From Sedimentisphaerales bacterium (GTDB taxonomy: Bacteria > Planctomycetota > Phycisphaerae > Sedimentisphaerales > SM23-30), in assembly GCA_963663965.2 (NCBI GenBank), contig CAXXFK010000018.1, positions 64,001-128,000 on the forward strand: DNA of 64,000 nt, in the 5' to 3' direction. The first letter of the stretch is position 1, and every line of letters begins with the position of its first letter. Both the position numbers and the translations under genes were made by a program. Shown one piece after another: positions 19,778 to 29,736 of the stretch. Under the pieces are notes generated by a model. That model worked only from the letters and a program-made list of their open reading frames with translations, searched no databases and was not told the origin of the DNA.

Positions 19778-20518
19778 ATGGCTTGTGAAAATAATCAGTT
19801 AAGTGACGACGGGAAGGCGCGGCATCGGGGGGCGGATCCGCGGGACGCGGGGTTGTTTGGGGAAGCATGGGCAGCAGTGCTACGGGAGGCGGCGGGGGAC
19901 CTGGCGTGGCTGCTGGGGCGGGGGTACAGCGAGAAGTCGGGATTGAAGCTGGTGGGGGACCGGTACGCACTGCGGCAGCGGCAGCGGCAGGCGCTGATGC
20001 GGGGGGTGTGTACGGCGGCGGCGGGGCAGGCGCGGCGGGCGAAGCGGGTGAGGGCGGCGGCGCTACGAGGCGAGGTGGTGGCGATCGATGGGTATAATGT
20101 GGTTACGACGCTGGAGACGGCGCTGGGGGGCGGGGTTTTGGTGCGCGGGCTGGATGGGTGCTGGCGGGATGTGGCCGAGCTGCATGGCAGTTACCGGCCG
20201 GTGGCTGAGACGGAGGGGGCGCTGGAACGGGTGGGGGTGTATCTGGCGGGAGCGGGAGTAAAGGAGGTGCGGTGGTACCTGGACCGGCCGGTGTCGAACA
20301 GCGGGCGTCTGAAGGGATGGATGGAGGCGCTGGCCGGGCGGCGCGGCTGGGAGTGGGAGGTGGCGCTGGAGTATAATCCGGACCGGATGTTGATAGAGGC
20401 GGATGAGATTGTGGTGAGCAGTGACAGTGTGGTTCTGGATGGGTGCGGGCGGTGGTTTGACCTGGTGGGGGAGCTGATTGAGGGGCTGGATGGGGTTTGG
20501 CGGGTGGATTTGGGGTGA
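19778..20518 (+). CDS. DUF434 domain-containing protein
   Basis: 'DLAWLLGRGY', 'LVGDRYAL..RQR', 'IDGYNV..TLE', 'LDRPVSNSGRL', 'SSDSVVLD'. Confidence 0.8.
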   Translation: MACENNQLSDDGKARHRGADPRDAGLFGEAWAAVLREAAGDLAWLLGRGYSEKSGLKLVGDRYALRQRQRQALMRGVCTAAAGQARRAKRVRAAALRGEVVAIDGYNVVTTLETALGGGVLVRGLDGCWRDVAELHGSYRPVAETEGALERVGVYLAGAGVKEVRWYLDRPVSNSGRLKGWMEALAGRRGWEWEVALEYNPDRMLIEADEIVVSSDSVVLDGCGRWFDLVGELIEGLDGVWRVDLG

Positions 20519-20653
20519 GGGGAATGACTTTGGGAAATATACAAGTTAACTTTGAGGTTAGGATATAAGCTTACGTATCATTTCGAATAAATATTCAAGC
20601 ATTGAATTTACGAAATTTTCATTTCTTATGGCGGCAAATCAATTTTCTTAAAA

Positions 20654-20669
20654 TCAGACTATAGTCTGA
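20654..20669. promoter_or_regulatory. C-box-like operator, perfect palindrome TCAGACTATAGTCTGA
   Basis: 16-bp palindrome with GACT..AGTC core upstream of the XRE gene; degenerate second copy TTACTTTAGTCTG at ~20691. Confidence 0.6.
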
Positions 20670-20761
20670 AGACAGTCGGATAATAAATGTTTACTTTAGT
20701 CTGCAAGCGAGAATCAGCAGCAGAAAGCTTGCTTATCTATTCAATGAAAGGACTTACTAGC

Positions 20762-20977
20762 ATGCTGGGAGATACTTTACGTTACTACCGTAAAAAAGTT
20801 GGTTTAACGCAAGAGCAATTAGCTGAGAAAGCAGGCATCCATCGAACTTATGTAAGCCTGCTTGAACGAAACCTCAAATCACCAACAATAGACACTTTAT
20901 TTCTCATATGTAATGCGCTTCATGTGAAACCCAGTAGTTTGATCAAAGCATTAGAAACTGAACAAGAAAAGAAATAG
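20762..20977 (+). CDS. XRE-family HTH regulator, RM controller (C) protein-like
   Basis: 'GLTQEQLAEKAGIHRTYVSLLER....PT' typical of C proteins; directly upstream of the methyltransferase. Confidence 0.85.
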   Translation: MLGDTLRYYRKKVGLTQEQLAEKAGIHRTYVSLLERNLKSPTIDTLFLICNALHVKPSSLIKALETEQEKK

Positions 20978-20996
20978 AGTGCTCTTGGATATAAAT

Positions 20997-22529
20997 ATGA
21001 AAATACCAATAATAGATTTATTTGCGGGGCCGGGAGGATTAGGGGAAGGCTTTTCGGCATATCAAAATAAAGAAGCTGAACAACCATTCGAAGTCATAAA
21101 ATCGATTGAAAAAGATCAGATTGCACACAAAACATTATTATTAAGGTCTTTTATTCGTAAATTCCCTTCAGATAAAAAGCCAGAAAAATACTTTAAATTT
21201 ATTCAAACAAATTGGAATCTGAATAAGTTTAATAATTTGCTTGATTGTAAGGAAGGGGCGGAAGCACGAAGAGAGGCATTATGTCTTGAACTTGGTAAAG
21301 ATAATGAAGTAATTGATGAAGAAATAAACCAATCCTTATCTGAAATAATACTAAATAATAGACATTGGGTTCTCATTGGTGGTCCACCCTGCCAAGCTTA
21401 TTCGCTGGTTGGCAGGTCAAGAAATAAGGGTAAACAAGGTTGGACATTAGATAATGATTATAGGTCGCATCTATATCAAGAGTATTTGAAAGTTATAGGT
21501 AGATATCAGCCATCAGTATTTGTCATGGAGAATGTGAAAGGAATTCTATCAGCACGATTGAATGAAGGATTAATATTTGAAAAAATAATAAAGGATCTGG
21601 AACGACCAAACGAAGTCAAGTTAGAGGGAATTGTTGAACCAATAACGGGAAAAAAAATAACATATCGATTGTATTCATTCGTGAAAGAACCCGAATTATT
21701 TATAAACCTTAAACCAAAAGATTATATAATTAAGTCTGAAGATTATGGAATACCACAAAATAGACATCGAGTTATTTTGTTAGGCATCAGAGAAGATCTG
21801 AATGTAAAATTAACCCTTTTAAAAAAGAAAGAAAAAAAAATAACCGTATGGGAAGCTATTGGTGATCTACCTTCGGTGATGAGTGGGATTTCTAATAGAA
21901 ATATTAATTTGTCAGAGTTTGATCAACAGCTGAAAAAGTACGCTGAAATACAAGAAATGTTATCAAGTGAATTCAAAAAACTAGTCTTAGATAACGATGT
22001 GTCGAAGGTAATAAAAAAAAGAATATATCAAATTAATAAAAATAATGGCAGAAAACCTTCGGTGTTTAATAAAGAATGGTTTCTTTGTGAAGATTTAAAT
22101 GGTCATATTTGTAATCATGAGTCACGTAACCATATTCGTTCTGATTTGCTGAGATATTTTTTCGTTTCGTGTTTCGGGGAAGCAAAAGACAGAACGCCTA
22201 AGCTGAGCGAATGGCCAGGTGAATTATTTCCAGATCATAAGAATGCGAAATCCGGACATTTTGAAGATCGCTTCAGGGTGCAATTAAGGAACGAACCTTC
22301 AACTACAATTACCTGTCATATAGCAAAAGATGGTCATTATTATATTCATCCGGATCCAAGGCAATGTCGAAGTTTAACTGTTAGAGAAGCAGCAAGATTG
22401 CAAACATTTCCTGATGATTACTTTTTTTGTGGTAATAAAACGAGTCAATATCAACAGGTTGGTAATGCTGTTCCTCCATTATTGGCCTATCAATTGGCTG
22501 ATGTAGTATTCAAAGTATTAGAAGATTGA
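20997..22529 (+). CDS. dcm: DNA (cytosine-5)-methyltransferase
   Basis: Motif I DLFAGPGG, IV GGPPCQ, VI ENV, VIII Q.RHR, IX/X 'LTVREAARLQTFPD..QVGNAV'. Confidence 0.96.
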   Translation: MKIPIIDLFAGPGGLGEGFSAYQNKEAEQPFEVIKSIEKDQIAHKTLLLRSFIRKFPSDKKPEKYFKFIQTNWNLNKFNNLLDCKEGAEARREALCLELGKDNEVIDEEINQSLSEIILNNRHWVLIGGPPCQAYSLVGRSRNKGKQGWTLDNDYRSHLYQEYLKVIGRYQPSVFVMENVKGILSARLNEGLIFEKIIKDLERPNEVKLEGIVEPITGKKITYRLYSFVKEPELFINLKPKDYIIKSEDYGIPQNRHRVILLGIREDLNVKLTLLKKKEKKITVWEAIGDLPSVMSGISNRNINLSEFDQQLKKYAEIQEMLSSEFKKLVLDNDVSKVIKKRIYQINKNNGRKPSVFNKEWFLCEDLNGHICNHESRNHIRSDLLRYFFVSCFGEAKDRTPKLSEWPGELFPDHKNAKSGHFEDRFRVQLRNEPSTTITCHIAKDGHYYIHPDPRQCRSLTVREAARLQTFPDDYFFCGNKTSQYQQVGNAVPPLLAYQLADVVFKVLED

Positions 22530-22531
22530 TA

Positions 22532-22939
22532 ATGACTGATAATGTAAGTAAAGAAAAGCGTAGTTGGAATATGTCACGCATCCACTGCAAAAATACAAAG
22601 CCTGAAAGGCAAGTGAGGTCGATTTTACATATGATGGGATTTCGTTTTCGTTTACATCGAAAAGACTTGCCTGGCAAGCCAGATATTGTATTACCAAAGT
22701 ATAAAACGGTTATATTTGTACATGGTTGTTTCTGGCATAGGCATAAAGGGTGTAAATATGCTTATACACCTAAAAGTCGACAGGAATTCTGGAAAAAAAA
22801 ATTCGAAGATAATTCAAAAAGAGATAAAGACGTAATAGATGAACTTAAAATGCTGGGGTGGAAAGTCATTATAATCTGGGAATGTGAAATTAAAAAACCG
22901 GATATTATTGTTGGTAAATTAGCCACTATTGCAACATAA
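22532..22939 (+). CDS. vsr: Very short patch repair endonuclease
   Basis: 'RSWNMSRI..KNTKPE', 'LPGKPDIV', 'FVHGCFWHRH', 'WECE'. Confidence 0.95.
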   Translation: MTDNVSKEKRSWNMSRIHCKNTKPERQVRSILHMMGFRFRLHRKDLPGKPDIVLPKYKTVIFVHGCFWHRHKGCKYAYTPKSRQEFWKKKFEDNSKRDKDVIDELKMLGWKVIIIWECEIKKPDIIVGKLATIAT

Positions 22940-22940
22940 A

Positions 22941-23672
22941 TTAATTTTTTCTAAACTTTTCAAATTCTTCCGGTAAAAGAGTTAAAATCATATCTGGAGT
23001 CATGAAATACAGATCCCAAGTTAAGTTGAATTGATCGATTATATCAGCGAGTCTTCTTGGACTTCCACCGCCTTTGCCTCCCGATCCTTTTTTGTTACTT
23101 CTTGTTTTTGGATTATAATATAAGGTGTATGTTGCTTCAATCAGTGATTTATTAGTAATTAATTCTTGTCTTGATGCTATTTGTTCGTGAAGATCTCCCA
23201 ATTTATCAATATCACCTGATAACAATGCCATAGCTCTTTCTGGTTTGTCTTTATGAAAATTATAAATAAGATATGGGCCTCTTAAAAGATGGCGATAGTA
23301 TGTTTGAAAATTGGATATTTCAGGAACCCATCTGTATCTTTTACCTGGTTTATAGCGATTACCATGCGTTTTTGGGCATAACTGATCAAAAAAGAAGAGT
23401 GATAACCATGCCCAGATTCCTTTATCTTTTAAGACAAGTGGATAATCTAGGTCACAAAAAAGATCATGAAGGTATCGAGCCATTTCCAACTTATTGGTAA
23501 ATGTTACTTTTTTGACGAAAGAATTCGAAACACCATCTGAATAATCTGGATTATTCAGGATATGGACTGGGGGTGATTCGGGATTATCAGTATCTAAACT
23601 ATCTAAGAATTCATGAAACTTGAGAATGCCAGAGTCTTTAAGTTTTCTAAGTTTGATGTTTTGCATAGTCAA
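22941..23672 (-). CDS. Hypothetical protein (243 aa), last gene of the ATPase operon
   Basis: Overlaps the upstream gene by 4 bp; conserved-looking 'WAWLSL.FFDQLCP', 'YRHL', 'EQIASRQ', 'GKGGGSPRRL'. Confidence 0.75.
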   Translation of the reverse strand: MTMQNIKLRKLKDSGILKFHEFLDSLDTDNPESPPVHILNNPDYSDGVSNSFVKKVTFTNKLEMARYLHDLFCDLDYPLVLKDKGIWAWLSLFFFDQLCPKTHGNRYKPGKRYRWVPEISNFQTYYRHLLRGPYLIYNFHKDKPERAMALLSGDIDKLGDLHEQIASRQELITNKSLIEATYTLYYNPKTRSNKKGSGGKGGGSPRRLADIIDQFNLTWDLYFMTPDMILTLLPEEFEKFRKN

Positions 23673-24433
23673 TCTCCATTCTGAATGAAGTCGCAGTAGA
23701 TATCAGAAATTTTGTATTTTCTTGCAAAAGCAATGACAACACCATCTACCCATTCATCGAAATCTTCATTATTATTATCCAAATCAAATTCAGGGATTTT
23801 ACCTGTACCTGGTAATGATTCGGCAAATAAAAGCCATTTCTTTTTCCATATATCATTATCGTTTTCTTCATCTTCTGGTGGATTACTTGTAATATATTGC
23901 AGAACACTTCTAATTATTGCCGGGTAAACCAGTGTAATAAATTCCTTAGAGCAACAAATTTGATCACGACTACCTGCTTTACTGTTTATCAATAGTATGG
24001 GGTAATTATTGTCAAATTCAACTTTCCATATTTCTTCAATATCATCAACGGATTTTACTGGTAAAATGCACTCTCTGTTACTTTCAAGTTCATCAAATTT
24101 GTATGGTTTCAGGCGGTCTGCAAATGCAAGCAATTTGCCTGAAGTGTGTTGTGTATCCGTTACTTTAACTCGAAATAGTATGCCCTCTATGTCATCGAAT
24201 TCATTAAGCTCACAATTATTTGGTTTAGTGATATTTGATATTGTGCCAAAGGGATATCGCATCCATAGGCAACGCCTATATGCCTCTATAAAAACATACG
24301 CATCTTCAGGTAAGTTGTATTTGGATAGTGAGAGATCGGCATCAAAATTCAGATGATTACCTTTTTGGGATACGACAATTGAAATATCGTTACGATTTAA
24401 TTTTTTCCGACCAGTATAGTTAAGCCGTGGCAT
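23669..24433 (-). CDS. Hypothetical protein (254 aa)
   Basis: Translationally coupled on both sides; 'MPRLNYTGRKKL' N-terminus; no recognised domain. Confidence 0.75.
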   Translation of the reverse strand: MPRLNYTGRKKLNRNDISIVVSQKGNHLNFDADLSLSKYNLPEDAYVFIEAYRRCLWMRYPFGTISNITKPNNCELNEFDDIEGILFRVKVTDTQHTSGKLLAFADRLKPYKFDELESNRECILPVKSVDDIEEIWKVEFDNNYPILLINSKAGSRDQICCSKEFITLVYPAIIRSVLQYITSNPPEDEENDNDIWKKKWLLFAESLPGTGKIPEFDLDNNNEDFDEWVDGVVIAFARKYKISDIYCDFIQNGD

Positions 24434-26351
24434 TTTCTAAACCTCCTTCATTTTCTGTAATTGACGGTTTTACAAGCAAATCGCGGTTAGGATCAAAACC
24501 GATTAGCTTTAAGCGAAAATCGCAATTGAGAATTTCGGCGATAATAACATTGCCCCTAGTCTGGATAATTTTAAGACCTTTAGATTCAGGCTTCATTTTT
24601 TCAATGCGAAAATCGTTGATATTATATTTCGGTTTACGGTCTCTACGATCATAAAATATTTTAATCTGCATTTGCGCGGGCAGATTTAAACTACCTTCGC
24701 CCTTGGTAAGTGTAAAGCCGCCATTGATTTTGTTTAAACGATACCGCTTTGGCTTGTGGGGTATTTCTAAATGGGGCGGTCCGGTTCTATCGCCACGATC
24801 TTCTTTTTTCTTTCTTTTTTCTGGTCGTGATATGGTAATATCAGATGATGGTATTGAAAAGAAATCCAAGAGTAAATTATGGTCTTCCTGCTTAGCACTT
24901 TCTTCAGAAATGCCAATGATTTCACTTACGCTTTTCTTGATAAAAGTGAGGGTTTTTGAGCCATAGGTGTACCTGTTTTTGAAGTTATCAGATGTTGTTG
25001 ACCATTCGGTGTGTGATGGGTTTTCAGCATTACCGAGAAAGTCTGCTATATGTGGTTCGTCAGCGATTACTAGTGAAACCACACTTCGATTAGTCGGTAT
25101 TCTTTTTTCATCTGGTATAATCAGGCCTTTTCGAATAAATACGGGATAACCTTTAGAGTAGCTTGGGTGTCTTTGTATGAAGACTTTGAAATAAGTCTCA
25201 TGTTCCACTTGTTTTATTTTGTCTTTGATGTATACCGGCACTTTAATGGCAATATTTTCTTCACTAACTAAGCGCTTACGAATAATATTTTGAATCTCAG
25301 CAGGTACTAATTTTTCGGACCATTCTGGTGCTGCAGTTGATACTGGACATATTGTTTCAAGGCATTCATCACTAGGCAACTTGTTGGCCCATTTAGCGAG
25401 TTCAATTTTCGCATGCAATTCTTTGTTGTCGCTTAGGAAGTCTGAATTAAGAATAGCTTCTATTGAACCAGATTCAATTCTAGTATTATTGTCGGGAGTA
25501 GCTATATCAACATATAATTCACCTGTTATAATTGGCCAAAAGTAATGTGAAATCAGTGCCTGCAGTATTGATTGTTCATTAATGTCATCATCTATAAATG
25601 GCACAATTAATGAAAGGCCGGGTTCACTTGAACGTGCCAAGTGAAAATCATTGCAGAATCTAGTGATTTCGTCTGAGTGGCCATTATCATCAAGAGGAAC
25701 AGGTATATAATCGTTTTGTATTGGAATCTGTTTTGCATACCAACCATCTGATGTAAAATCTTCGCTATTAACTTTATGAGACCTCAATAAACATTGTCCA
25801 AAGAATATTTTTTGGTTATCTTCCGAACGAACTGACAGGCCGAAGAATGCTTTGATATTGCTGGCCTTTGGGAAAACAATTTTTCCAATTCCATGTCTGC
25901 CTCTATCTGAATCATGTTTACCCGATTGACCTTCTGCTCTGAAAAAGTAATAAAATGGATTTGAATCTTTTTCCTCTGGTTCAGAATATTCTATTAAATT
26001 ACCATTCAATCCAGATGTATTAAAATCCTCAATAACAACATATTTACATGGTTGGTTTCTGTCCGGGCAATCTTGTAATCCGTTATTTTTTGCATTTAAA
26101 TGATTCCATAGTTCTTCAGTAAAATAAAATCGAGCTTTTTCGGGTTGCAAAGCACCATTATCATTAGATAAATAAATCCTTATTCCAACCGGATTGTTCA
26201 AATCAATTCTGGCATCTAAGGAATTTTGGATTGCTTCTCGAATCAAACTTGTCGAGATAGAGTTGTCTGACTCAAAAAATTTGCTGTGCATTGGTTCCCT
26301 TTTTTTGCCCTGTGGCAAAATACGATCAAAAAACCAACCAAAACCGGACAT
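24420..26351 (-). CDS. GHKL (HATPase_c / MORC-like) ATPase domain protein
   Basis: N-box 'LIREAIQNSLDA', G1-like 'EDFNTSGL', G2 'GRHGIGK'; AAGGAG RBS. Confidence 0.75.
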   Translation of the reverse strand: MSGFGWFFDRILPQGKKREPMHSKFFESDNSISTSLIREAIQNSLDARIDLNNPVGIRIYLSNDNGALQPEKARFYFTEELWNHLNAKNNGLQDCPDRNQPCKYVVIEDFNTSGLNGNLIEYSEPEEKDSNPFYYFFRAEGQSGKHDSDRGRHGIGKIVFPKASNIKAFFGLSVRSEDNQKIFFGQCLLRSHKVNSEDFTSDGWYAKQIPIQNDYIPVPLDDNGHSDEITRFCNDFHLARSSEPGLSLIVPFIDDDINEQSILQALISHYFWPIITGELYVDIATPDNNTRIESGSIEAILNSDFLSDNKELHAKIELAKWANKLPSDECLETICPVSTAAPEWSEKLVPAEIQNIIRKRLVSEENIAIKVPVYIKDKIKQVEHETYFKVFIQRHPSYSKGYPVFIRKGLIIPDEKRIPTNRSVVSLVIADEPHIADFLGNAENPSHTEWSTTSDNFKNRYTYGSKTLTFIKKSVSEIIGISEESAKQEDHNLLLDFFSIPSSDITISRPEKRKKKEDRGDRTGPPHLEIPHKPKRYRLNKINGGFTLTKGEGSLNLPAQMQIKIFYDRRDRKPKYNINDFRIEKMKPESKGLKIIQTRGNVIIAEILNCDFRLKLIGFDPNRDLLVKPSITENEGGLENATA

Positions 26352-26363
26352 ATGAAACTCCTT

Positions 26364-26606
26364 TCATAATTCAAAATTTCGTTTTGATTTTGAAAACGTG
26401 AACCTCATTTTAGAAATTTTTATTTCTTTTTCTAATGCCGAAAAAATTTTATTGATATCTTGCTCTGAATATTCATACGAGCTTTTGTTTGAACAATTAC
26501 CAAGTAGTCTAATCTTTTCAATTATCTCATTAGTTCTTCGACTTGCAATACGTACAAAACGATCTTTGCGAGACTCGTCTTTTTTTGAAATATTACTAAT
26601 TTTCAT
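26364..26606 (-). CDS. Small basic helical hypothetical protein (~80 aa), first gene of the ATPase operon
   Basis: 'RKDRFVRIASRRTNEIIEKIRLLGNCSNKSSYEYS'; ends 12 bp before the ATPase start. Confidence 0.7.
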   Translation of the reverse strand: MKISNISKKDESRKDRFVRIASRRTNEIIEKIRLLGNCSNKSSYEYSEQDINKIFSALEKEIKISKMRFTFSKSKRNFEL

Positions 26607-26772
26607 AATATGTATTCTTAAATATGGAAATATATGTAATATATTCAAAATGCTACATGTGTCAAGACGGTTTTTTGAAAATAATATTAAATATTGTTCA
26701 AAATATTGTAAAAGCTTCAATATAAAACATTTGCATTATTATTAAAAGTGCTACTTTCAGCAAAGAATTATT

Positions 26773-27066
26773 ATTAATGTGAAATTTCATTATCTCTATC
26801 GTGACGCCAGCAATTATTAAGATATTTCATGATGAAGTATTGGCAGGAGAATTGAAGTTGGAGGATATGGAGCCTTATTTGTGGGAGGGAGAATTTTTTG
26901 TCCCATCGGAAGTTGGTTTAAAGATTTGCAACCGGAAGTATTTACGGTCGATGATCATATCTGGCATTCGATTGAAGGAGTTGAACCAACCGATGATTTA
27001 CCAACTTGTGATGTAACTGCGGAAGAATTCAAGAATCGGTTTCGGAGTGCATCTTTGCAGGATTAG
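26773..27066 (+). pseudogene. Hypothetical-protein remnant with two frameshifts
   Basis: Joins into 'KFHYLYRDASNY/KIFHDEVL..FVPSEVGL/KDLQPE..DHIWH' if single-base indels at ~26818 and ~26921 are corrected. Confidence 0.5.
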
Positions 27067-27101
27067 AATCAAGGGCAAGTGTTTCGGTGAAAGGGATTAT
27101 T

Positions 27102-27218
27102 ATGAGTGCGGTTGAGAGGCGGGGGTGGACTCGGGATGAGTTGATTTTGGCGGTGAATTTGAATTGTAAGACGCCGTTTGGGCGGATTCATGATCAGGTT
27201 CTCAAAAAGCCACGCTGA
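27102..27218 (+). pseudogene. 5' remnant of an HNH-type putative restriction endonuclease
   Basis: MSAVERRGWTRDELILAVNLNCKTPFGRIH resembles the WTREELILAFNLYCKxPFGxIH N-terminus; truncated at a REP/MITE. Confidence 0.6.
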
Positions 27219-27219
27219 A

Positions 27220-27463
27220 GGGCCTGTTGCCCAAAGACAGATCAAGCAGGGTTGCTTGACCAGTCTGACTGGCCCAAGTATTTCTGTCGTCCCTGCGGGA
27301 CTTGTTCTGAGTGGGTTTGGCCTGAATCCCCCCAATGAATTGGGGGGCTACGCACTGACAGCCCGCCTGAGGCGGATCTTCGACCCTGCGGGCTTCAGGG
27401 GTATCCGCCGGGCGGCAGATGGTATTTTTCGTGACGCTCGACCTGTATTTGTGCAACAGGCCC
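27220..27463. mobile_element. MITE (244 bp) inserted into a REP-like palindrome
   Basis: 21-bp TIRs GGGCCTGTTGC(C/A)CAAA(G/T)ACAG with 2 mismatches; TGAA duplicated on both sides; target CCACGC-TGAA-GCGTGG. Confidence 0.75.
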
Positions 27464-27602
27464 TGAAGCGTGGGCTCCGTAGGGGCGCTATCTGCGGTTT
27501 GGCTCAACCGTCCGTACGAGGGAGGGCCGATAATCGTGAGGGTTAAGGAAGGGGTGTGTAAAAAAGGGTGAAAATAAGTGAAATTATATGTGGTAGCGCT
27601 GT

Positions 27603-27629
27603 TAAGGCGGTTATTGATTGTGACGATAA
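27603..27629 (+). promoter_or_regulatory. Sigma28-like promoter TAAG-N15-GACGATAA
   Basis: Upstream of the MCP start at 27703. Confidence 0.55.
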
Positions 27630-27702
27630 AGTTAGCGTTATTTTAGCGTATCTGTTCAAACGAATCAGAGAATGTGATAGTCACTGTTTTGAAGGAGTCG
27701 TC

Positions 27703-29661
27703 ATGAGGCTGAAGATCAGAGAGAAGTTTTTGTTCCCCACGATTATTCTACTGGTTATCGGAATGAGTATCGCCGGGTATGTTTCGTATCGAATAGCCCG
27801 TAACGCGCTGGCCGAGTCGGTGCTTTCCGAAAAGACCCAACTGGTGAAGTCAACGAACAACATGCTCAAATCGTGGCTGGATACCATGGTGATCACCTTG
27901 CAGAGTTGGAGAGTCGACGACCTCTTTGCCAGGTCTCTGGACGGGTCCGTTGAGGGGCAGGCGGCGCGAGAAGCCGCCAACGCCAAATTGGTCAACTATG
28001 TGAAATCGTACGGGTGTTTTGAAACCCTGAATGTTGTCAACAAGGCCGGTGATATTGTCGCATCCAGCGAACAAAGCATTATTGGTAAAATCAATCTGGC
28101 CGACCGGGCGTATTTTGGCGAGTCGATGAATGGCAAGACTGCTGTCACCGACGCGTTGATCAGCAAAAATACCGGGAATCCGATTGTGGTGATTTCCGCG
28201 CCGATAGAGGTAAACGGGAGCATCACAGGGATTATCATTTCGGTGATCGATCTGGCGGTATTCAGCCAACAGTTTATTGAGCCGATAAAAATCGGCGAGA
28301 CCGGGTATCTGGCGTTGATGAATAGCACCGGCAAGCTGATCGCGCATCCCAAGAAAGAGTGGATTCTCAGTAAGGATTTTACCGACCAGGACTGGTATCA
28401 GGCCATTTTGCAGAAGAAAAGCGGGCATATTTATTATAATTTGTCCGGGACTGATAAAGTGGCCGCGTTTGAACATTATCCGGAACGTGACTGGTACCTG
28501 ATCGCCACGGCCAATCAGGATGAAGCCTTTGCCGCGATTAAGGAACTGGCCTATTCCAGCCTGGGCGTGAGTGTTGGCCTGGTGGTGGTCATGCTGGCGG
28601 TGATCGGGATTCTGACCAGCCTTTTCATTATCAAGCCGATTTCCAGAATGAGTGATCGATTGCAGGATATTGCCCAGGGAGAAGGGGATCTGACCCAACG
28701 ACTGGAGGTGAAGTCGCAGGATGAGATCGGTGAACTGGCCGGCTGGTTTAACCGTTTTATTGAAAAGCTGCAAGGGATTATCCGGCAGATTGCCGAAAAT
28801 ACCCGGACGCTGACCGAATCGTCCATGGCGCTTTCTACGACGGCCAGTCAACTTGCCAGCGGGGCTGAAGAGACCACGAATCAATCCAACGGGGTGGCCG
28901 CGGCCGCGGAAGAGATGTCGGTCAATATGAATACGATGTCGGCATCAACGGAACAGATGACCGCGAACATGAAATCGGTGGCCGCGGCGGTTGAAGAAAT
29001 GACCGCCAGCATCAGCGATGTGGCCAAGAATGCCGGGCAGGCCTCCCAGATTGCCAGTCAGGCGACCAGTCTGGCAGACGCCTCCAATGAGAAAATTGGA
29101 TACCTGGGGGCAGCGGCTGATGAGATCGGCAAAGTGATCGAAGTGATTCAGGACATTGCCGAACAGACCAATCTGCTGGCATTGAACGCCACCATTGAAG
29201 CGGCCCGGGCCGGAGAAGCGGGAAAAGGATTTGCCGTTGTTGCCACGGAGGTGAAGGAACTGGCCAAACAGACTGCCGAGGCGACGGAAGATATCAGCAA
29301 GCGTATTACCGCCATCCAGAACACCACGGGGGATTCCGTGGAATCCATCAGTAAAATCAGCGAAGTGATCAGACACGTCAATGAGGTTTCAAACGCGATT
29401 GCCTCGGCGGTTGAAGAACAAAATATTACGACGCGGGAAATCGCCCAGAATGTGGCCCAGGTTGCTTCTGTGTCAGAAACCGTGGCCCTGGGGGTTTCTG
29501 ATTCCGCTACCGCCAGTCAGGAGATTACGCGTAATATTGCCGGGGTGGACAGTGCCGCCCGGCAAACTGCCCAGGGGGCCACTCAAACTCAGGCCGCCGG
29601 CGCGGAACTCTCGAAAGTGTCTGAAGGGCTGCAGGCCCTTGTGGGGCAATTTAAGTTCTGA
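27703..29661 (+). CDS. Methyl-accepting chemotaxis protein (dCache + HAMP + MA)
   Basis: '[30 protein letters not shown]'; 'GEGDLT' HAMP; AAGGAG RBS. Confidence 0.95.
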   Translation: MRLKIREKFLFPTIILLVIGMSIAGYVSYRIARNALAESVLSEKTQLVKSTNNMLKSWLDTMVITLQSWRVDDLFARSLDGSVEGQAAREAANAKLVNYVKSYGCFETLNVVNKAGDIVASSEQSIIGKINLADRAYFGESMNGKTAVTDALISKNTGNPIVVISAPIEVNGSITGIIISVIDLAVFSQQFIEPIKIGETGYLALMNSTGKLIAHPKKEWILSKDFTDQDWYQAILQKKSGHIYYNLSGTDKVAAFEHYPERDWYLIATANQDEAFAAIKELAYSSLGVSVGLVVVMLAVIGILTSLFIIKPISRMSDRLQDIAQGEGDLTQRLEVKSQDEIGELAGWFNRFIEKLQGIIRQIAENTRTLTESSMALSTTASQLASGAEETTNQSNGVAAAAEEMSVNMNTMSASTEQMTANMKSVAAAVEEMTASISDVAKNAGQASQIASQATSLADASNEKIGYLGAAADEIGKVIEVIQDIAEQTNLLALNATIEAARAGEAGKGFAVVATEVKELAKQTAEATEDISKRITAIQNTTGDSVESISKISEVIRHVNEVSNAIASAVEEQNITTREIAQNVAQVASVSETVALGVSDSATASQEITRNIAGVDSAARQTAQGATQTQAAGAELSKVSEGLQALVGQFKF

Positions 29662-29704
29662 TTTCGCGCGGTTTCCAAGTAAGATTCGAAGGCAATGTAA
29701 CTTG

Positions 29705-29736
29705 ATGGCTGACATGACGATGTCGGCCATTTTTTT
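29705..29736 (+). terminator. Rho-independent terminator
   Basis: ATGGCTGACAT-GACG-ATGTCGGCCAT plus T run. Confidence 0.7.

Larger units (their letters stand above)
20520..27218. other. AT-rich genomic (defence) island
   Basis: Abrupt drop in GC after the DUF434 gene; RM-associated gene content; gene remnants at the right edge. Confidence 0.75.

Noticed and set aside
19434..19970. 178-aa minus-strand ORF
   Set aside because: Antisense to DUF434 and the repeat cluster; its Pro-rich content reflects the G skew
20527..20552. dif-like site ACTTTGGGAAATATACAAGTTAACT at the island border
   Set aside because: XerD arm and spacing match the consensus poorly
27178..27546. 122-aa and 101-aa ORFs
   Set aside because: They span the MITE/REP sequence and show no protein-like features
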